The translations under genes were made by a program, and so were the position numbers. Under the pieces are notes generated by a model, which worked only from the letters and a program-made list of their open reading frames with translations, was not told the DNA's origin and ran no database searches. Of a stretch of 64,000 nt of DNA, positions 50,479 to 64,000 are shown one piece after another (positions within the stretch are counted from its first letter, which is position 1; each line of letters begins with the position of its first letter). Source of the stretch: the human T2T-CHM13v2.0 reference genome, Homo sapiens; assembly GCF_009914755.1 (NCBI RefSeq), contig NC_060937.1, one strand, 5' to 3'.

Positions 50479-53400
50479 CAAATTAATTAAATCACTTTGC
50501 CTTTAGTTAACTTACCATAATCCTTTGTTAATCAATATATAAATTCTCATTAGTCTTCTCTATAATTTCCTTACATTTACATTGGTTTCTAAGTTTGGAT
50601 AACTTTAGAAGGCTATTTGTGAGGGTATTAATTGATATTATTGGAGAGTAGCAGAAGAGACCCTGCTGCTTTAAAATATGAAACACAGGGAAGATCACCT
50701 GGTTTGTAAATGATCAATGCTAAGTCATTTGTGAATTTTGGCAAAGGTGGTTTAATTTACTCTAACATTTTACTTATTTAACAAAGTCCTCATGCAGTGC
50801 TCACTGTCTGCCAGGCACTGCTCTGTGTGCTTAATCAATATGTACCATCTATGCAGAAGTTACTTTTTAAAAGTATGATGTTGAAACTATCAGTATTCTT
50901 TCCTTTGAAAGATGAGTGACAACAACAGCAAAAAACTATATTCAGCCGCTTTGTTGTGTCATGAGCAAAACAGAAAACAAATTAGCATCGATGGCATTGG
51001 CTTTCATGTAGATTAGAATACCCTCTCCTGGTATTCTTACGTATTCATAGCATTGTAACAACTGATGGTTTTTAAATTTCTCTACAAATCAATCCAGATT
51101 ATGAAATCTGATGATCAGAACACCTAATTGTCACCAATCCAAATTTACCTACTGGAAAAAAGTGTTTTTTTCATTATATTTCTATCTTACATTGATTTTC
51201 TTTCCTGTTGAGAACCAAATTTCAAGCATTTACAGACTCCAGGTGGTTCACACCTCCTAGAAAGATTTCTCTAGAGAGCCATTTACTTCATTTTTTCAGT
51301 TCCTGCAGTGCCAGTAAACCTCGCAGAGGAAATGTTATGTAGAGGGAAGTGAACAACAAGGGAGGTGACTCCCTAAAACAAATGCAATAATAATTCAACA
51401 CACTCCAGCCACACTGCAATGCAGAAACCAAGTAAACAAGCCATTGCTTTCGCATTCACTGTGCTAAGATGTGAGCATATCTGCATTATACCTGACAGAA
51501 TCAACCTCTGAACAGCAGAGAGCTCAATGGTGCCAAAGCAGAAGTTGGCAATAGCACCAACAACTCTAGCACTTCTTTTTCCTATCCTCTTCTGTATAGT
51601 GCTTCAAGAAATAGGTCCCACCATAAGAAAAACAACAACAACAACTAAAGATGAGACTTCTGCAATCAAAGAGGGATAGAGTTAGGCTTGTCACACTTAT
51701 GAGGAAGTTCAAAGCCGAAAACACAGGGCAAAACAAAGTTAAAGATAAAAGAACTGAAAGGCAATGCCATCTATGCTGATACTGAATTCCATTTTAGAAA
51801 AAGAAGAAATTAAGTGGAGGAACTTGTTGGAAGGGAATGCTCTGCTCTTCTTTATTTCTTATGTTTTCTTCCTATGAAACAAACATGTTAGTGTCACTCC
51901 AGCCTCTCCCTGCCCCCTTCCTCACTGCAGTCTGGGGGAAGAGGAGTGGCATGTGTGCTTGCTAAATTTGGAGAAGAATTTGGGAACTTATCTGGCCTAT
52001 GCCAGTCAAGTGACACCAAAATGTGGGAGTGAGGAGCAAGTCTGTCCAGTTCTAGGTTCAAAATCAACAAGCTCACTAGAGTAATAGACTCTAAGCTCTG
52101 TCATCCAATCTGAATTCTATTAGTGGCAATAGGGACATTTTTTATTCCATATTTACTCTTGGCTCTATTTCTCAACTTGCTTGGAACCCACGTGGGAAAG
52201 AGAGTAGCCACTCATTAGAGACCACCATGGAAAGCCCTCAAACTTTCACTGTTAAAATAAAATACTCAGGGTGTATCCTTCTTTCTAGAGAGAATCAGAT
52301 CACTTGTTCAAGCTTCCTATTCTTCCACTTTACCACTACTTTTCCACCAGTGAATCTCTAACCATCCCTTTCCCAAGCTCCTCATACCCTCTTGCTGTCT
52401 TTCCTGCCCCATCAAAGCTTGCTTTCATTTGGTTTATTTGTATCTAGATGTAAATGACTAATAACAATTTCTAACATGTTAGCTCATCAGAATTCAGCTT
52501 TTCAGATCCCTCAGGATTCTTTAACATTTTAGACTCAGAAGACCTCAAAATACAATGTCCTTATAGAAAATATAGTGGCATCAAGGTAATGGCAAATAAC
52601 AAATGCACCTGAGAGAAGTTACGGATTGTACCCAGTGTGTCTTTGTGGTGGGATGGAATTTGGGGTCTGTGCATTTCAGAGAATATTTTTACTAAATAAA
52701 ATAATTGGAGAGAGACTAGGCCAAAAACATAGTATTTTTTTCCAGCTAACTGGTAGTCATTCTTTAAGACTGATTTTTTAAATGTTGTCTTATTGATAAG
52801 ATCTGACCTCATTTTCCTACATAGGGCAGTTCTTCCTCACCTGTGCTCCTCACAGAAATCACAAGGCTCTTCTCTCCCCTTTTTCTATTACAGTGCCTTG
52901 GGATTGTCTGCATATTCATCTGCCCACTAGTTTCTGATCCCCTCAAGAATGCAAGGAGTGTCCGATTGTCTTTGCATATCAGTCTGATAGCCAGAAGTAT
53001 TCCATAAATTGGGGGGAGAGTTGGATCGAATTGTACCAGATGGTAGGAGTTCAATGAGAAAGAGAATAAAAAGGCTCACCTATTTTGAAAGTATTAATCT
53101 TTTCTCGAAAAAACAAGAAATATTAGAGAGGCTCTAGGAGGCAGAAGAAAGAAGATGAACTGAGAAGAAAGGTTACAGAACGCAATAGAAATGGCTTTAG
53201 GGGTAGATGAGAACATGACACCCACATTTAGAAGTGTCGAAGAGATTAGAATAGTCAGAAATGTGATATGGGAGAGCAAAATTCCCCCAAAGAGACAGCA
53301 TGGGGAATGGCTGTGCAATAGCAGTGCTAACAGGGACAAGGACAAGACACGATTAGGACTGCTCTGACCTAGGGGCAAACAACCACTGCCAAGGACCTTA

Positions 53401-53639
53401 GAAGGTCCATCTTTCACTATCTAGAAAACTGGCTGCAAAAAGATGTTCATTCTCTTAAGCAGTAAAGCCAAGTTCAAAGACCTGTACCCTTAAACTAATA
53501 AGTTAAAACCCCAAAAGAAGGATTTTAATAATTATGAAATAATTTGAGGACATAACAAGAACTTCTACTTAAGAAATAGAATCTTTTGATTAATAATAAA
53601 AAAAGGCAATATGGAATAAGCATCCAAAAAGTCAAATGT

Positions 53640-53975
53640 TAATAATATTCAGCCTTGAAAAGGAAGGAAGTTCTGACACATGCTACAACACAAATGAACC
53701 TTGAGGACATCCTGCCAATTGAAATTAGCCCATCATGAAAAGACAAATACTGCTCGACTTCACTTATATGAGGTTTCTATGTGTACTCAACTTCATCGAA
53801 ACAGAATAAGTACAGAGTGCCAGTTTTGCAAGATGAAAAGTTCTGGAGATTGGCTATACAACAACATGAATATAGTTAACAGTACTAAACTGTACACTTA
53901 GAAATGACTAAGGTGCTAAATTTCATGTTATGCATTATTTACCACAACAAAAAATAAAAATAAAATGTTTAATTT
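53640..53975 (+). mobile_element. L1MB 3' UTR fragment
   Basis: ctgacacatgctacaaca...accttgaggacat...gatgaaaagttctggagat...ctgtacacttagaaatg. Confidence 0.88.
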
Positions 53976-56134
53976 TTAAACCTTTTTAAATAAACCAATA
54001 ATGCTACAAATGATTTTCATTCAATTATCTTCAAGACACAAAGGAAAAGATAAAAAAAAAATTTCAACCATAGCCCAAGTTATGTGGGTATATTGGAATT
54101 ATTTGCTCATCTTAAATTTTCACAGAAGTAACACGGACTTCTCCTTAAAACAAAAAATCAAAATTTCAAACCAACAAACAATATGCTGTCAGTTTATTTC
54201 ATGGCTACATCTTGAATTTAGCTAAAAAACACAAGGCAAAAATTCTCTGATGCTGTATGTCTTCAATATTTGCCCACCTACCCCGAAACTAGACAGGTTT
54301 TGCATTCTTATGCATTTTTCTCAGATTTTGTGCTTAGATTACTTTTTTTCTTGCTTTTCAAAAGTGCCTGAAACCTATTTCCTTATACCTTTGCTGTAAT
54401 GAGGGGAAAAAAATTGTTTGATTAGAAATATTTAGGGGTGGGCAAAAAAATTTGCATTTCTGCTGACAGCTTCTATACTAAGTTTGGCCCAGTGGGATTA
54501 GAAGTCTCTGAGATATTAAACCTCGGAAAGAAGAATTTGTAATGGAAAGGCTGAAAGAACTTAATTATAGCCAGTAGCACCACTCAAATACTTTAAGCAT
54601 CCTCAAATGTGCTGTGTTATCTTAAGAGAAAAAAAAAGATACAGAAAAGATGGAGGTTATGGATCAGACATAGGCATCACCAAAAAAGCAGTTTCACTTC
54701 TGGGTAATTTGGGGCAGCCAGTCTAACCACAGAACATCCGCAGTGCTATTTAAAGAACTAGAGAGATGTCACACTCATTATGACACCTGCAATCATTAAA
54801 TCTGAAAATGACTTTAGCTAACTTCTCATGAGTGCCTCGCTCAGGACACCTTCCTTGTGTGTATTTAAGATCTAGAGTAGGAAGAGTCAATTGAGTTTCT
54901 CTTATCTTAAAGTAAAAGACAAACATCAGAAGGTCTCTGCTTTTATTTGCAAGAAATACAATTCTCCTATAATATATACTAGAGTTGACCCTGGAATAGA
55001 TTGTTCTGTCATTTTCCTCATTTCTTCCTTTTCCTCACTTATAGCAGAAAAGTCTTACCCATTCCCCCACTCTAAGTGTCCCCTCTGAGCTGAGAAACTT
55101 GATGATCTTGTCACAGGTAAACAGGCAAAAGAACATCCCTGCACTTTCCACTGTCCTAGGCATGCGGCTGAATGCAGGGCTCTGCAGAGAGGAACCATCT
55201 CCACGCTGTTGTGCCTGTAGTATTGGGGCACCAGGTCCTCCACCTACATGATGAGAATAGTCTTTATAACTAATAATCCTTATATCAGAATAATTAGACA
55301 AACCTTATATTCTGAGGGGTACTGTCATTCTCTTAACCTAATTCCTGGAATCCAGTCCCTTATCTGTCTTAATCAAATTTTCTAAAAGTTCCTTCTCACT
55401 TCCATTGACTTAATGACTATTGTAGCTTTAGCTTCCTTTTGCATCCAAGACCACAGACTTCCACAAGTCTGCTTGATTTTCTTTTCCAAACACAAGGAGT
55501 CATTTTACTCATTGATTGCTATCAACCTATGACTCCTGATAGGCCTTATCATGTTTTAAAACCCTCATCCAAATTCCAATAGCTCTGTTTTCTGGAACCT
55601 GAACTGCCCTTCCACCCCCAGCCACCCAAATCTCTCCTATTTCTGATTCCCTGAGAGAATGTTTTCCCTCTCTCATCCATTCCATGAAGCAACACATTCT
55701 TTCATGGATTTACTGGAATTCGAGGGAACTGCCATTGCAGGTAAATCTTTCACATTCTTATGATGAATTCAGAACTCCAAAGTAGCAAAAGTAACATGAT
55801 GAAGTCCAGATTAAAGTATTTTGTTCATCATTCAGATGGATTTTCACAGCCAGCTTGTATGTAATGATTAAAGTTGTAACCAGGAGCAGACTCCAGGCCA
55901 TTTCTTGCTTTGCCTGGGAAACCTATTTAATGTAACAACTTCAGATCACTCTGTCCCTTGAGGCTTCTCTCCCACACCTATTAAAGAACACCACCAATAG
56001 AGATAGCTACCTAGATGACAACTGTAAAAAAGAGGAAATTTTGTCAAAGACAACCCCTATCATGGAGCTAAAATAATCAAGACTCTATCTAATGTCAAGC
56101 AACTTCCTTCTTAATATATACTTTTAGCTCCTGT

Positions 56135-56260
56135 ACATATGTATTTATTTTTACTGCAAAATGTGAGATTACCATGTGCCTACCATATTCTAGGCACTGG
56201 GGATAACTGTGTACTGCTAGGCAGGAGGCCTGCCCTTAAGGAGCTGACCTTTCCCTGGCT
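56135..56260 (-). mobile_element. L2 3' terminus
   Basis: taccatgtgcctaccatattctaggcactggggata...cctgcccttaaggagctgac. Confidence 0.7.
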
Positions 56261-56882
56261 GCTTGATTCTTTTTCTTCTTTATCTTTTTTATTGGCCATA
56301 TCAGAAGCAGCTGTGAAACCAATTCATGCTTGTCTCTACTCTGCACTAACTTCTTCATTCATTTATTTAGTCTCTTCCTCATATCAGTGCTTCTAGATGA
56401 AACATTTTTTCTCTCCTAATATGCTTTTCCAAAATAAATTACTCATTTTGAGGTGCTTTTAGCACTATGAAAGACACTTTAGTGGCCCTCCTTAAAGCTG
56501 TCAACATGCACCCACATAGCCAAAGGTATCCTGTTGGAGTTGAACTGTACTATCCACAACCCAATATAACATGAGATAGTTGGGTTTCAAATGGTTTTGT
56601 AAGGTTGCCTTTCATTGGCGGGTGGTAATTCATCTTCCAATCAGGCCATCATCAACAAAAACACTTTGTGAGTAGAATACAATAACTCTTCTTTATACAC
56701 TCCTGAGGTTATCTGAGTAAAATTTCTCATACCAAGCAACATTTCCTCAGTCTTTGAGCTTGCTCACCTTACCCTACTCTTATCTTCCCCAATCTCAGTC
56801 AGTGTGATATAGAAATAGAAACTCATTTTAGTACCCTCCTCGAGAGGCTGCTGTGTATGCCACCACTTTGTCTTTCAAACAC

Positions 56883-57244
56883 TGATATGGATTGGCTGTG
56901 TCCCCACGCAAATCTCATCTTGAATTGTAGTTCCCATAATCCCCTTGTGCCATGGGAGGGACCTTGTGGGAGGTAATTGAATCATGGGGGTGGTTACCCT
57001 CATGCTGCTTTCATGACAGTGAATAAGTCTCACAAGATCTGATGGCTTTATAAAGGAAAATTCCCTGCACAAGCTCTATTGCTTGCCACCATGTAAGACG
57101 TGGCATTGCTCCTCATTTGCCTTCTGTCATGATTGTGAGGCCTCCCCAGCCATGTGGAACTGTGAGTCAATTAAACCTCTTTCCTTTATAAATTGCCTAG
57201 TCTCGGATATGTCTCTATTAGCAGCATGAGAACTGACTAATACA
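56883..57244 (+). mobile_element. THE1 (B/C) solo LTR
   Basis: tgatatgg...ggctgtgtcccca...gactaataca; 5-bp TSD aacac at 56878-56882 and 57245-57249. Confidence 0.96.
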
Positions 57245-58234
57245 AACACACACACAACACATAGTGTTACTCAGAGTGCTTCTGTTATGCACATGGCTAC
57301 TAAAAAGTCAAATTAACATTTAAGGAAATCACTCCCATCTATTGCGTCAAAACTGACTGAGCCAAAGGCAAACCCATGGAAGAATCAGAAATCAGTGTAT
57401 CCTGAACTAACTTGAAAATCCTTACTCTAGACTGCAAATCAAATTTCCAGCTGATTTTTAGTGATGAACACTGCAGGTACACTTTTTGGGTAGCTTATGG
57501 ACAATAAAATACCAATACGTAGTTCTCTTCTGGTCCATATAGATCAAAGCAAAGCCATTTACAAAAGATTTTCCTGCTTCATAATCCCCATGAAGTTGAA
57601 ATTCACCTCTCTCAGACTTAATATTGTTTCTTTCTTCCCACAGTAAAGACCCGCCGCCTGTGAGATGACCCAGGCAGAAGTTCAACACTTTGGTACTTCG
57701 TGCCTCAGGCCTTTCACTAAGAAAATTGAGTGTGAGAACTTTATCTCCAAAAGTGTCTGCCTGTTGTGACATCTCTCCTGGGTCTCTGCAACCCTAAATT
57801 CTTCATTTCTTTTCAGAATTTAGCTGAAAAGCACTTTTTGCTGCCTGTTTATCTCAATGTCTGTCTCTCACTGCTAGTATTTATTGCTTATCACTGTAAG
57901 TCTTCATTGAATGTAATCTGTTTGGGGATACAGTTGGCATGAAAAATGCTTCACCAAATGAAGTTGTAAAGTATTATACATAAATACTTAATTCCTGGAT
58001 TTATTTATTATCATCATTACTTATTTACCACCATAGGCATCCAGGACACCTTTGAAAGAAATAAATCTGGTGGGTTGCTCTCCCAAATTTTATCAGAATA
58101 TCTTATAAGATATAAATTAATGTCATTATGTAATAAGTATTAAAATTCCTTATATGGCTAGTACACATTTTAGTTTATGAAAACTTGTACATATCTAATC
58201 TTCCCAGCCTTCCAATGGTGAAAATGATTGAGTC

Positions 58235-58340
58235 TCCAGGTTACAGGTCAAGAAACTGAGACTCAGAAAGTTTGAGTGATATTCCCAAGGTCACGTGAAT
58301 AACGAATTTCAGAGCTGGGCTCAAACCCAGGTATCCTCCT
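58235..58340 (-). mobile_element. MIR
   Basis: ttacaggtcaagaaactgagactcagaaag...cccaaggtcac...gagctgggctcaaacccagg. Confidence 0.85.
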
Positions 58341-61097
58341 CCAGGTCCTAAGCCCTTCTCTCTCCCACAGCTGCCTACAGGATCAGCAGGATGAAAGTAA
58401 ACCCAGCAAGGGCCAAATGAGAAACAAAACAGGATCCATTGTCTCCTTTCTCTGCTTTGTGAAGCCTTCATGACAGGGTACAGTTTGGTATACACTGAAT
58501 TTACATTTTATATTGGTGAAATTAACATGACTTTGTATTTAATTCAGGGTCATTGAACCCTAAGTTTACATTTGAGGTCCCCATACTGAATTTCTATTTG
58601 CAATAGTAGGCAAGCTAGAAAAGGCCACTGTAATTAGCCCTAATTAATACACTAGTTAGTACAATTAATGAGTTCTTTTCTCTATGTGCCCAAGAAATAC
58701 TGGAGATACCTGAGCTACAATTAGGCCATTTAGTGGAAAGAGTCCTGTGCCAGCAAAGGGAGACACAGATCCATGTGGAGCAAAGAAAGGTGATGTTTGT
58801 TCATATGAGTGGAGTCTGTGACCTTTATTACTTTTAGATTATTAGAATGCATTTAAGTAATGGCTATACATGCTTGAAAGTCTGATGGGCCTTGGAAATA
58901 CATTCAATTACATTTATTCCATCCAATACATCCTTACTCTGCCAATGACAGATACAGAGAAAAAAACTATGCAATAAGAATTTCCATGGCTAAGCAGTTA
59001 TATACATTTTAGGGGATGTTTTGAAGCATTCTGTTTGGATGGTAAACTCATAGTCTCTTGCAACTTCATTTGTTTGTCTGTTTAGGAGTCTTTAACAGGG
59101 AAAATTACCTTTCCATCAGTTTTTTTGAAAGTATTCCAGATTTTACCATCCTTTTCAAGAAAATGTCTACCTCTCATTCAGGTAGTCCTACACTAAATCC
59201 AGTCTCATACCCTTGCGCATTCCCTGAAGGGAATAGGAACATGAGCCCCGAATTCCCATGGGAAGTCTGCTGCACAAACCAACAGAGAATTTCAGAATAA
59301 TGCTGTTCTTGTCACTGGGAGCTCTGCAAATAACCTTTGCTTATATAATACAATTCAATCTAATTGATGTTACAATGAAATTCCGGCTCTGCAAATCTGT
59401 CTTATCTTTAAAAGTTGCCCCGTGTTACCCCTTCCTAAAGGAGTGTTTCAGTGCAAACCCCAGAGGCTGTGGACATGCAATTCCTCAAAAGGAATAAATT
59501 AACTATTGAATCTTATACTGGCAGTCGATGGAGCATAGTAAGTCCCCAAATAAATATACTGCCTGGAAAATTTGATTCATTTATAATAAAATAGATTAAA
59601 TTGTCACCTTGAACTGAAAAATAATTACTCTTGAACTAAGTGTAACAGACCAAATGCATCTATTTTGGACAAGAAAAAAAGAGGAAAGGGATAAATAGAA
59701 AATGTAATGTCTCAGTTTACATAGAAACCATCTGAAAGAAATTAAAAAGTGGGAAATAAGGAATATAAAACATCATGCATATGGGCAAACAATGTAAGTG
59801 TTTTCCATGTTTTCTATTCACATCATTGATTTTAGTTCTATAATCAAAATTAGGAAGCACATGAGTTCAAAACTGAGTACCAGAATAATTAACTTACTTT
59901 TGATATCAAGTGGATAAAAATTAAGCTATTATGATGAGCATGTATGATATATTAATCCACAAATCATTAATAAAGTTATTAGTAATTTAATTTACCAAAT
60001 TTATTTCTATCCCCAAAGGAATGGATTATAATAATAATTGGGATTTGTGACAGTTTACAACAAAGGTTATTTAGACAAGCTTAATAAAATGGAAAATAGA
60101 AATTCAAAATTATAGGCAGCCAGCCAACAAGTTAAGCTAACTGTGAAGATGATAACATTATTACAAATAATTAACAAATTTGGCTCTCAGCATCCATTGA
60201 ACAAGGACAGAAAGGAAACATTTCTGTCATTTCACTTTCATTTCATTCTGTCATTTCATTTAAATTATCTCATAGAGGAAACATCAATTTTCTTTGAGGT
60301 TGCAATGTATTTCTGGGCACTAAATCTTTAAATAATGTTCTCAAGTAGAACCTTATCAAGAGTACTCCGAGTAAAGCAAAGGACAAAAAGTCTTCAATAA
60401 CAGTATTGCTATCATTGGTGGTGGTGGTGGTGGTGCTTTTCACTTTGTTTCTTTTAGTCATAAATCTCAAAACCCATTGCCATTCCATAAATGTAAAATG
60501 TATTACACATAAATAAGGCAACATAACCATGCATTAGATTTCTGGTGGACTACCTTGCTCTAAGAGTAGGAAAAACATGTTTCTGAGACTACTTTCTTTA
60601 ATTGCATATCATGTCTCTTCCATCAGGTTAAACGTAGAATCCAGAAAGATCATTATTGGCACTTATAGTATCCAAAAGGGTCTGGAGTGCTAAGATGCCA
60701 TGTTGGCTACTGAAAACTACAAGAAGTAACCTTTAGAAATCTTACTAAAATTGCATCTATTATAAACCAGGCATCATTTGGGGCTACCCTGTCCCTCAAA
60801 GAGTTGTCAAGCTGGCTCCCCTGATTTCACTTCTATGTGAGTCCAGAATCCTCCATACATTTTTGGCATATTTCTGACCTGTCTGCTTTTCCATTCCTAA
60901 TGAGATCTGCCATCTCAGTTTGACCCTGCACTATTTCCCATGAGAAAGCCAATGACCCTCATGAATACTGTGAGTTTAGTAAGTCAGCTCAGCTTGACAG
61001 TTACAGAAAGAGAGGTCGTTGTTCCCCACACAGCATTCTCCAGCCCACAGGCCTGCCTCCTGCTCCTCCACCTCTGAGAGAACCAAGACCCTTAAAA

Positions 61098-61306
61098 AAT
61101 GTCCATGCCCACCATGGCCTACATCCACTGCATCTGGGAAATGTCCACGCCCACCATGGCCTACGTCCACTGCTTCTTGGAAATGTCCACACACACCATG
61201 GTCTACATCCACTGCTTCTGGGAGATGTCCACGCCCACATGGCCTATGTCCACTGCTTCTGGGAGATGTCCACGCCCACCATGGCCTACGTTCACTGTTT
61301 CTGGGA
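61098..61306. repeat. Minisatellite, 5 copies of a 42-bp unit (fourth copy 41 bp)
   Basis: Consensus RATGTCCACGCCCACCATGGCCTACRTCCACTGCTTCTGGGA; units start at 61098, 61140, 61182, 61224 and 61265. Confidence 0.97.
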
Positions 61307-63003
61307 TATGGAGCAGCCCTACACTTTCACTCTGGAATTCAGCGGAATAACACGTCTGCTGTCTCACTACAACTTCTCACCCTGAAGAATTGGTGAGAAG
61401 AGCCATATTTATTTATGGCTGAGGCTTCTCCCCTAGGCCCAACCCCACAAGTGGTCTTACTTCTTTCCGGGAAAAACAATAATGGTTTCCGGAGCTTCTC
61501 CTCTCTTAAACCCAGAAGACCTCATCACTCTTCCTACTTCTATCCAGATGTTCATTTATTGGAAACTCCTGAGGGACAACCTGCGTGTAACAAGGTGGCT
61601 GCCTTAACCACAAATGAACCTGACAATTGATTTATGGAATCCGAGGCAGTTTAAATATTTTCTTAATCTATCTGACACGATGCTGAAGCCTTCCAAAGGG
61701 CAGGAGGTAAATAAATTCCTGTGTTTACACATGTTAGAGAGATCAGCTTCTCACAAGAGAATCACAGATGTGAGAATAATCACTGTTGGCAGGCTTGGGC
61801 CACCTTTGAGTCACCTCCTCACCAATGGTGAGAGGTACCTGTTCTTCCCCTCCTCCCTGCTCCTTCTTATATAGACAGCTTGGCAGTGGGAATGGAGACA
61901 TGGAAAGCAATCATTCCCATATCAACCCACTGTTAATGTCTGAGCTGGTACCCTGGATTGACACTTTTGTTCAGTCTTACTCCCTCCTATTAACGAATTT
62001 CGTGCCCATCTTTTCCTCTTCCAAGATCAGTTTTATCAACCGTGAAATCTAGGGTGGCCAAAGTGGCATTTAAAGAGACCTTACCTCTCTTGGTCTGTGT
62101 TTCTCCAGTGATGCTTATCTACAAAGGGCTTCTTCCGCAACTAGCACTGACCATTAGTCTAATTTTTTAGGACACATGCTATGACATATTTTCTAATGGC
62201 CCATTGCAGGAGGCTCTCAAATAATAGTATGTGTGTAGTGACCCTTTCTTCTCTATTTTGTTTTATGAGCAGGAGCTGGACATTAGGATGCACACGAGTC
62301 CAAAATTTGGTATCAAAGTAATTAACTCACTTTTGAGTCCCAGCAACAACCACATGGCTGAATGAGTACTGTCAGACAATGTGGCCCAAATGTCACATAC
62401 AGCCTTTCTGTCCCTTGAATATTAGCTCAACTTTGATCAAAATGCCCAGCTTCATAGCCCCTGTGAATTGAGCTCTCTCCCTATAATTTTTGTGGATTTT
62501 TTTTCTCAAAAAGGGTAACACTGATGTTTGTTGTGGACTCTTGACCTTAATTCCTCTGGTTGCTCTCAGTTCCTATATGGGGATCTGACACCCGAGTTCT
62601 GCCCTCTCACAAGTCACTGTACAGACCAAAAATATTTCACTGTTTTCCACAAGAAATGCAATTACATTCGTCAACTTAGTGAATTCAACAATGTGTCTGA
62701 AGCTCTAACAGGCTACAGAGAGTATCGTCCCTCACACAGCTTTCCCCATCTCACTGGCTCCCTCCATTAAGTTGATGTATAACCCTTCCTCACACAGTCT
62801 ACCCATTGAAAAATAGGATCCAATCCACCTGCTTAATACTGTTTCTTTTTCAGGTAGCCACATCTCCAGGAAAGTCCATTTCCTCTAAGTCCCTTGGAAT
62901 TTCAAAACTTAAAAATTTTCTTCAATCACCTACATTACGTTGTTGGGGAAATGCTCCTGCCAACAGCCAACACCTGAAGGGTCAAAGAAAGAAAAATTAA
63001 ATG

Positions 63004-63737
63004 CAGTCATGCGCCACAAAATATTTTGCTCAGTGATGGACTGCATATGCCATGGTGGTCTCCTAAGATTGTAATAGAGCGATAAATTCCCATCACCTAG
63101 TACATTGTACGCATCATAACATCATAGCACAACACGTTATTCATGCTGGTGTAAACAAACCTATTGCACTGCCAGTTGTATAAAAGTATTACACATATAA
63201 TCACACACAGTACATAATACTTGATATGATAATAAATGTCTGTGTTACTGGTTTATGTATTTACTATGTAGTTTTATACCTTTTTAGAGTGTATGCCTAC
63301 TTATAAAAGAAAAGTTAACTGTAAAACAGCTTCAGGCAGGTCCTCCAGGAGGTATTCTAGAAGAAGGCATTGTTATCATAGGAGATGTCAGCTCCATGAG
63401 TGTTGTTGCCCCTGAAGACCTTCCAGTGGGACAAGATGTGGAAGTGGAAGACAGTGATATTGATAAATCTGGCCCCATGTAGGCCTAGGCTAATGTTTGT
63501 GTCTTAGTTTGTAACAAAAAAGTTTAAATGCTAAAAAATAAATTTTTAAAAATAGAAAAAAAGCTTATAGAATAAGGACATAAAGGAAGAAAGTATTTTA
63601 TACAACTCGGCAATGTGTTTGTGTTTTAAGCTAAATGTTATTACAAAAGAGTCAAAAGGCTAAAAAAATAAAAATTTTATAAATTAAAATGTTACAGTAA
63701 GTTAAGGTTAATTTATTATTTAAGAAAAAATAGTTTT
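63004..63737 (+). mobile_element. Tigger3-family (Tigger3b-like) DNA transposon
   Basis: Starts cagtcatgcgccac; internal gaagaaggcattgttatcataggagatg...gaagaccttccagtgggacaagatgtgga. Confidence 0.9.

Positions 63738-64000
<263 letters not shown>

Noticed and set aside
61098-61306. CRISPR-like array
   Set aside because: Units are contiguous with no unique spacers, there are no cas genes and the context is primate DNA; it is a minisatellite
61019-61396. 125-aa repetitive ORF as a keratin-associated-like protein
   Set aside because: Non-ATG start; open only because of the stop-free 42-bp repeat; the frame shifts at the 41-bp unit

Overview
AT-rich, CpG-depleted primate genomic DNA (very likely human), intronic or intergenic, with no CpG island and no protein-coding gene I can support. 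Roughly half is interspersed repeat: about 19 Alu or Alu-monomer copies, L1 fragments from L1ME to L1PA3/4, L2/MIR, LTRs (MaLR, LTR10, LTR16, ERVL) and DNA transposons (MER1A, MER5C, MER96B, Charlie1, Tigger3). The only gene-derived sequence is a disabled processed pseudogene of BCAS2 (about 26.45-27.52 kb). The most notable structures are: (i) a 182-bp, ~94%-identical inverted copy of a Charlie1 segment with templated duplications at both junctions; (ii) an ancient two-LTR ERVL-class provirus with recognisable PBS and PPT, split by a twin-primed L1PB; (iii) an LTR10 with an AP-1 repeat array interrupted by a young L1PA; (iv) several multi-tier nested insertions with intact TSDs; (v) a 42-bp minisatellite. 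I found no convincing novel biological system. Subfamily calls come from recalled consensus sequences, and boundaries of old repeats are approximate.
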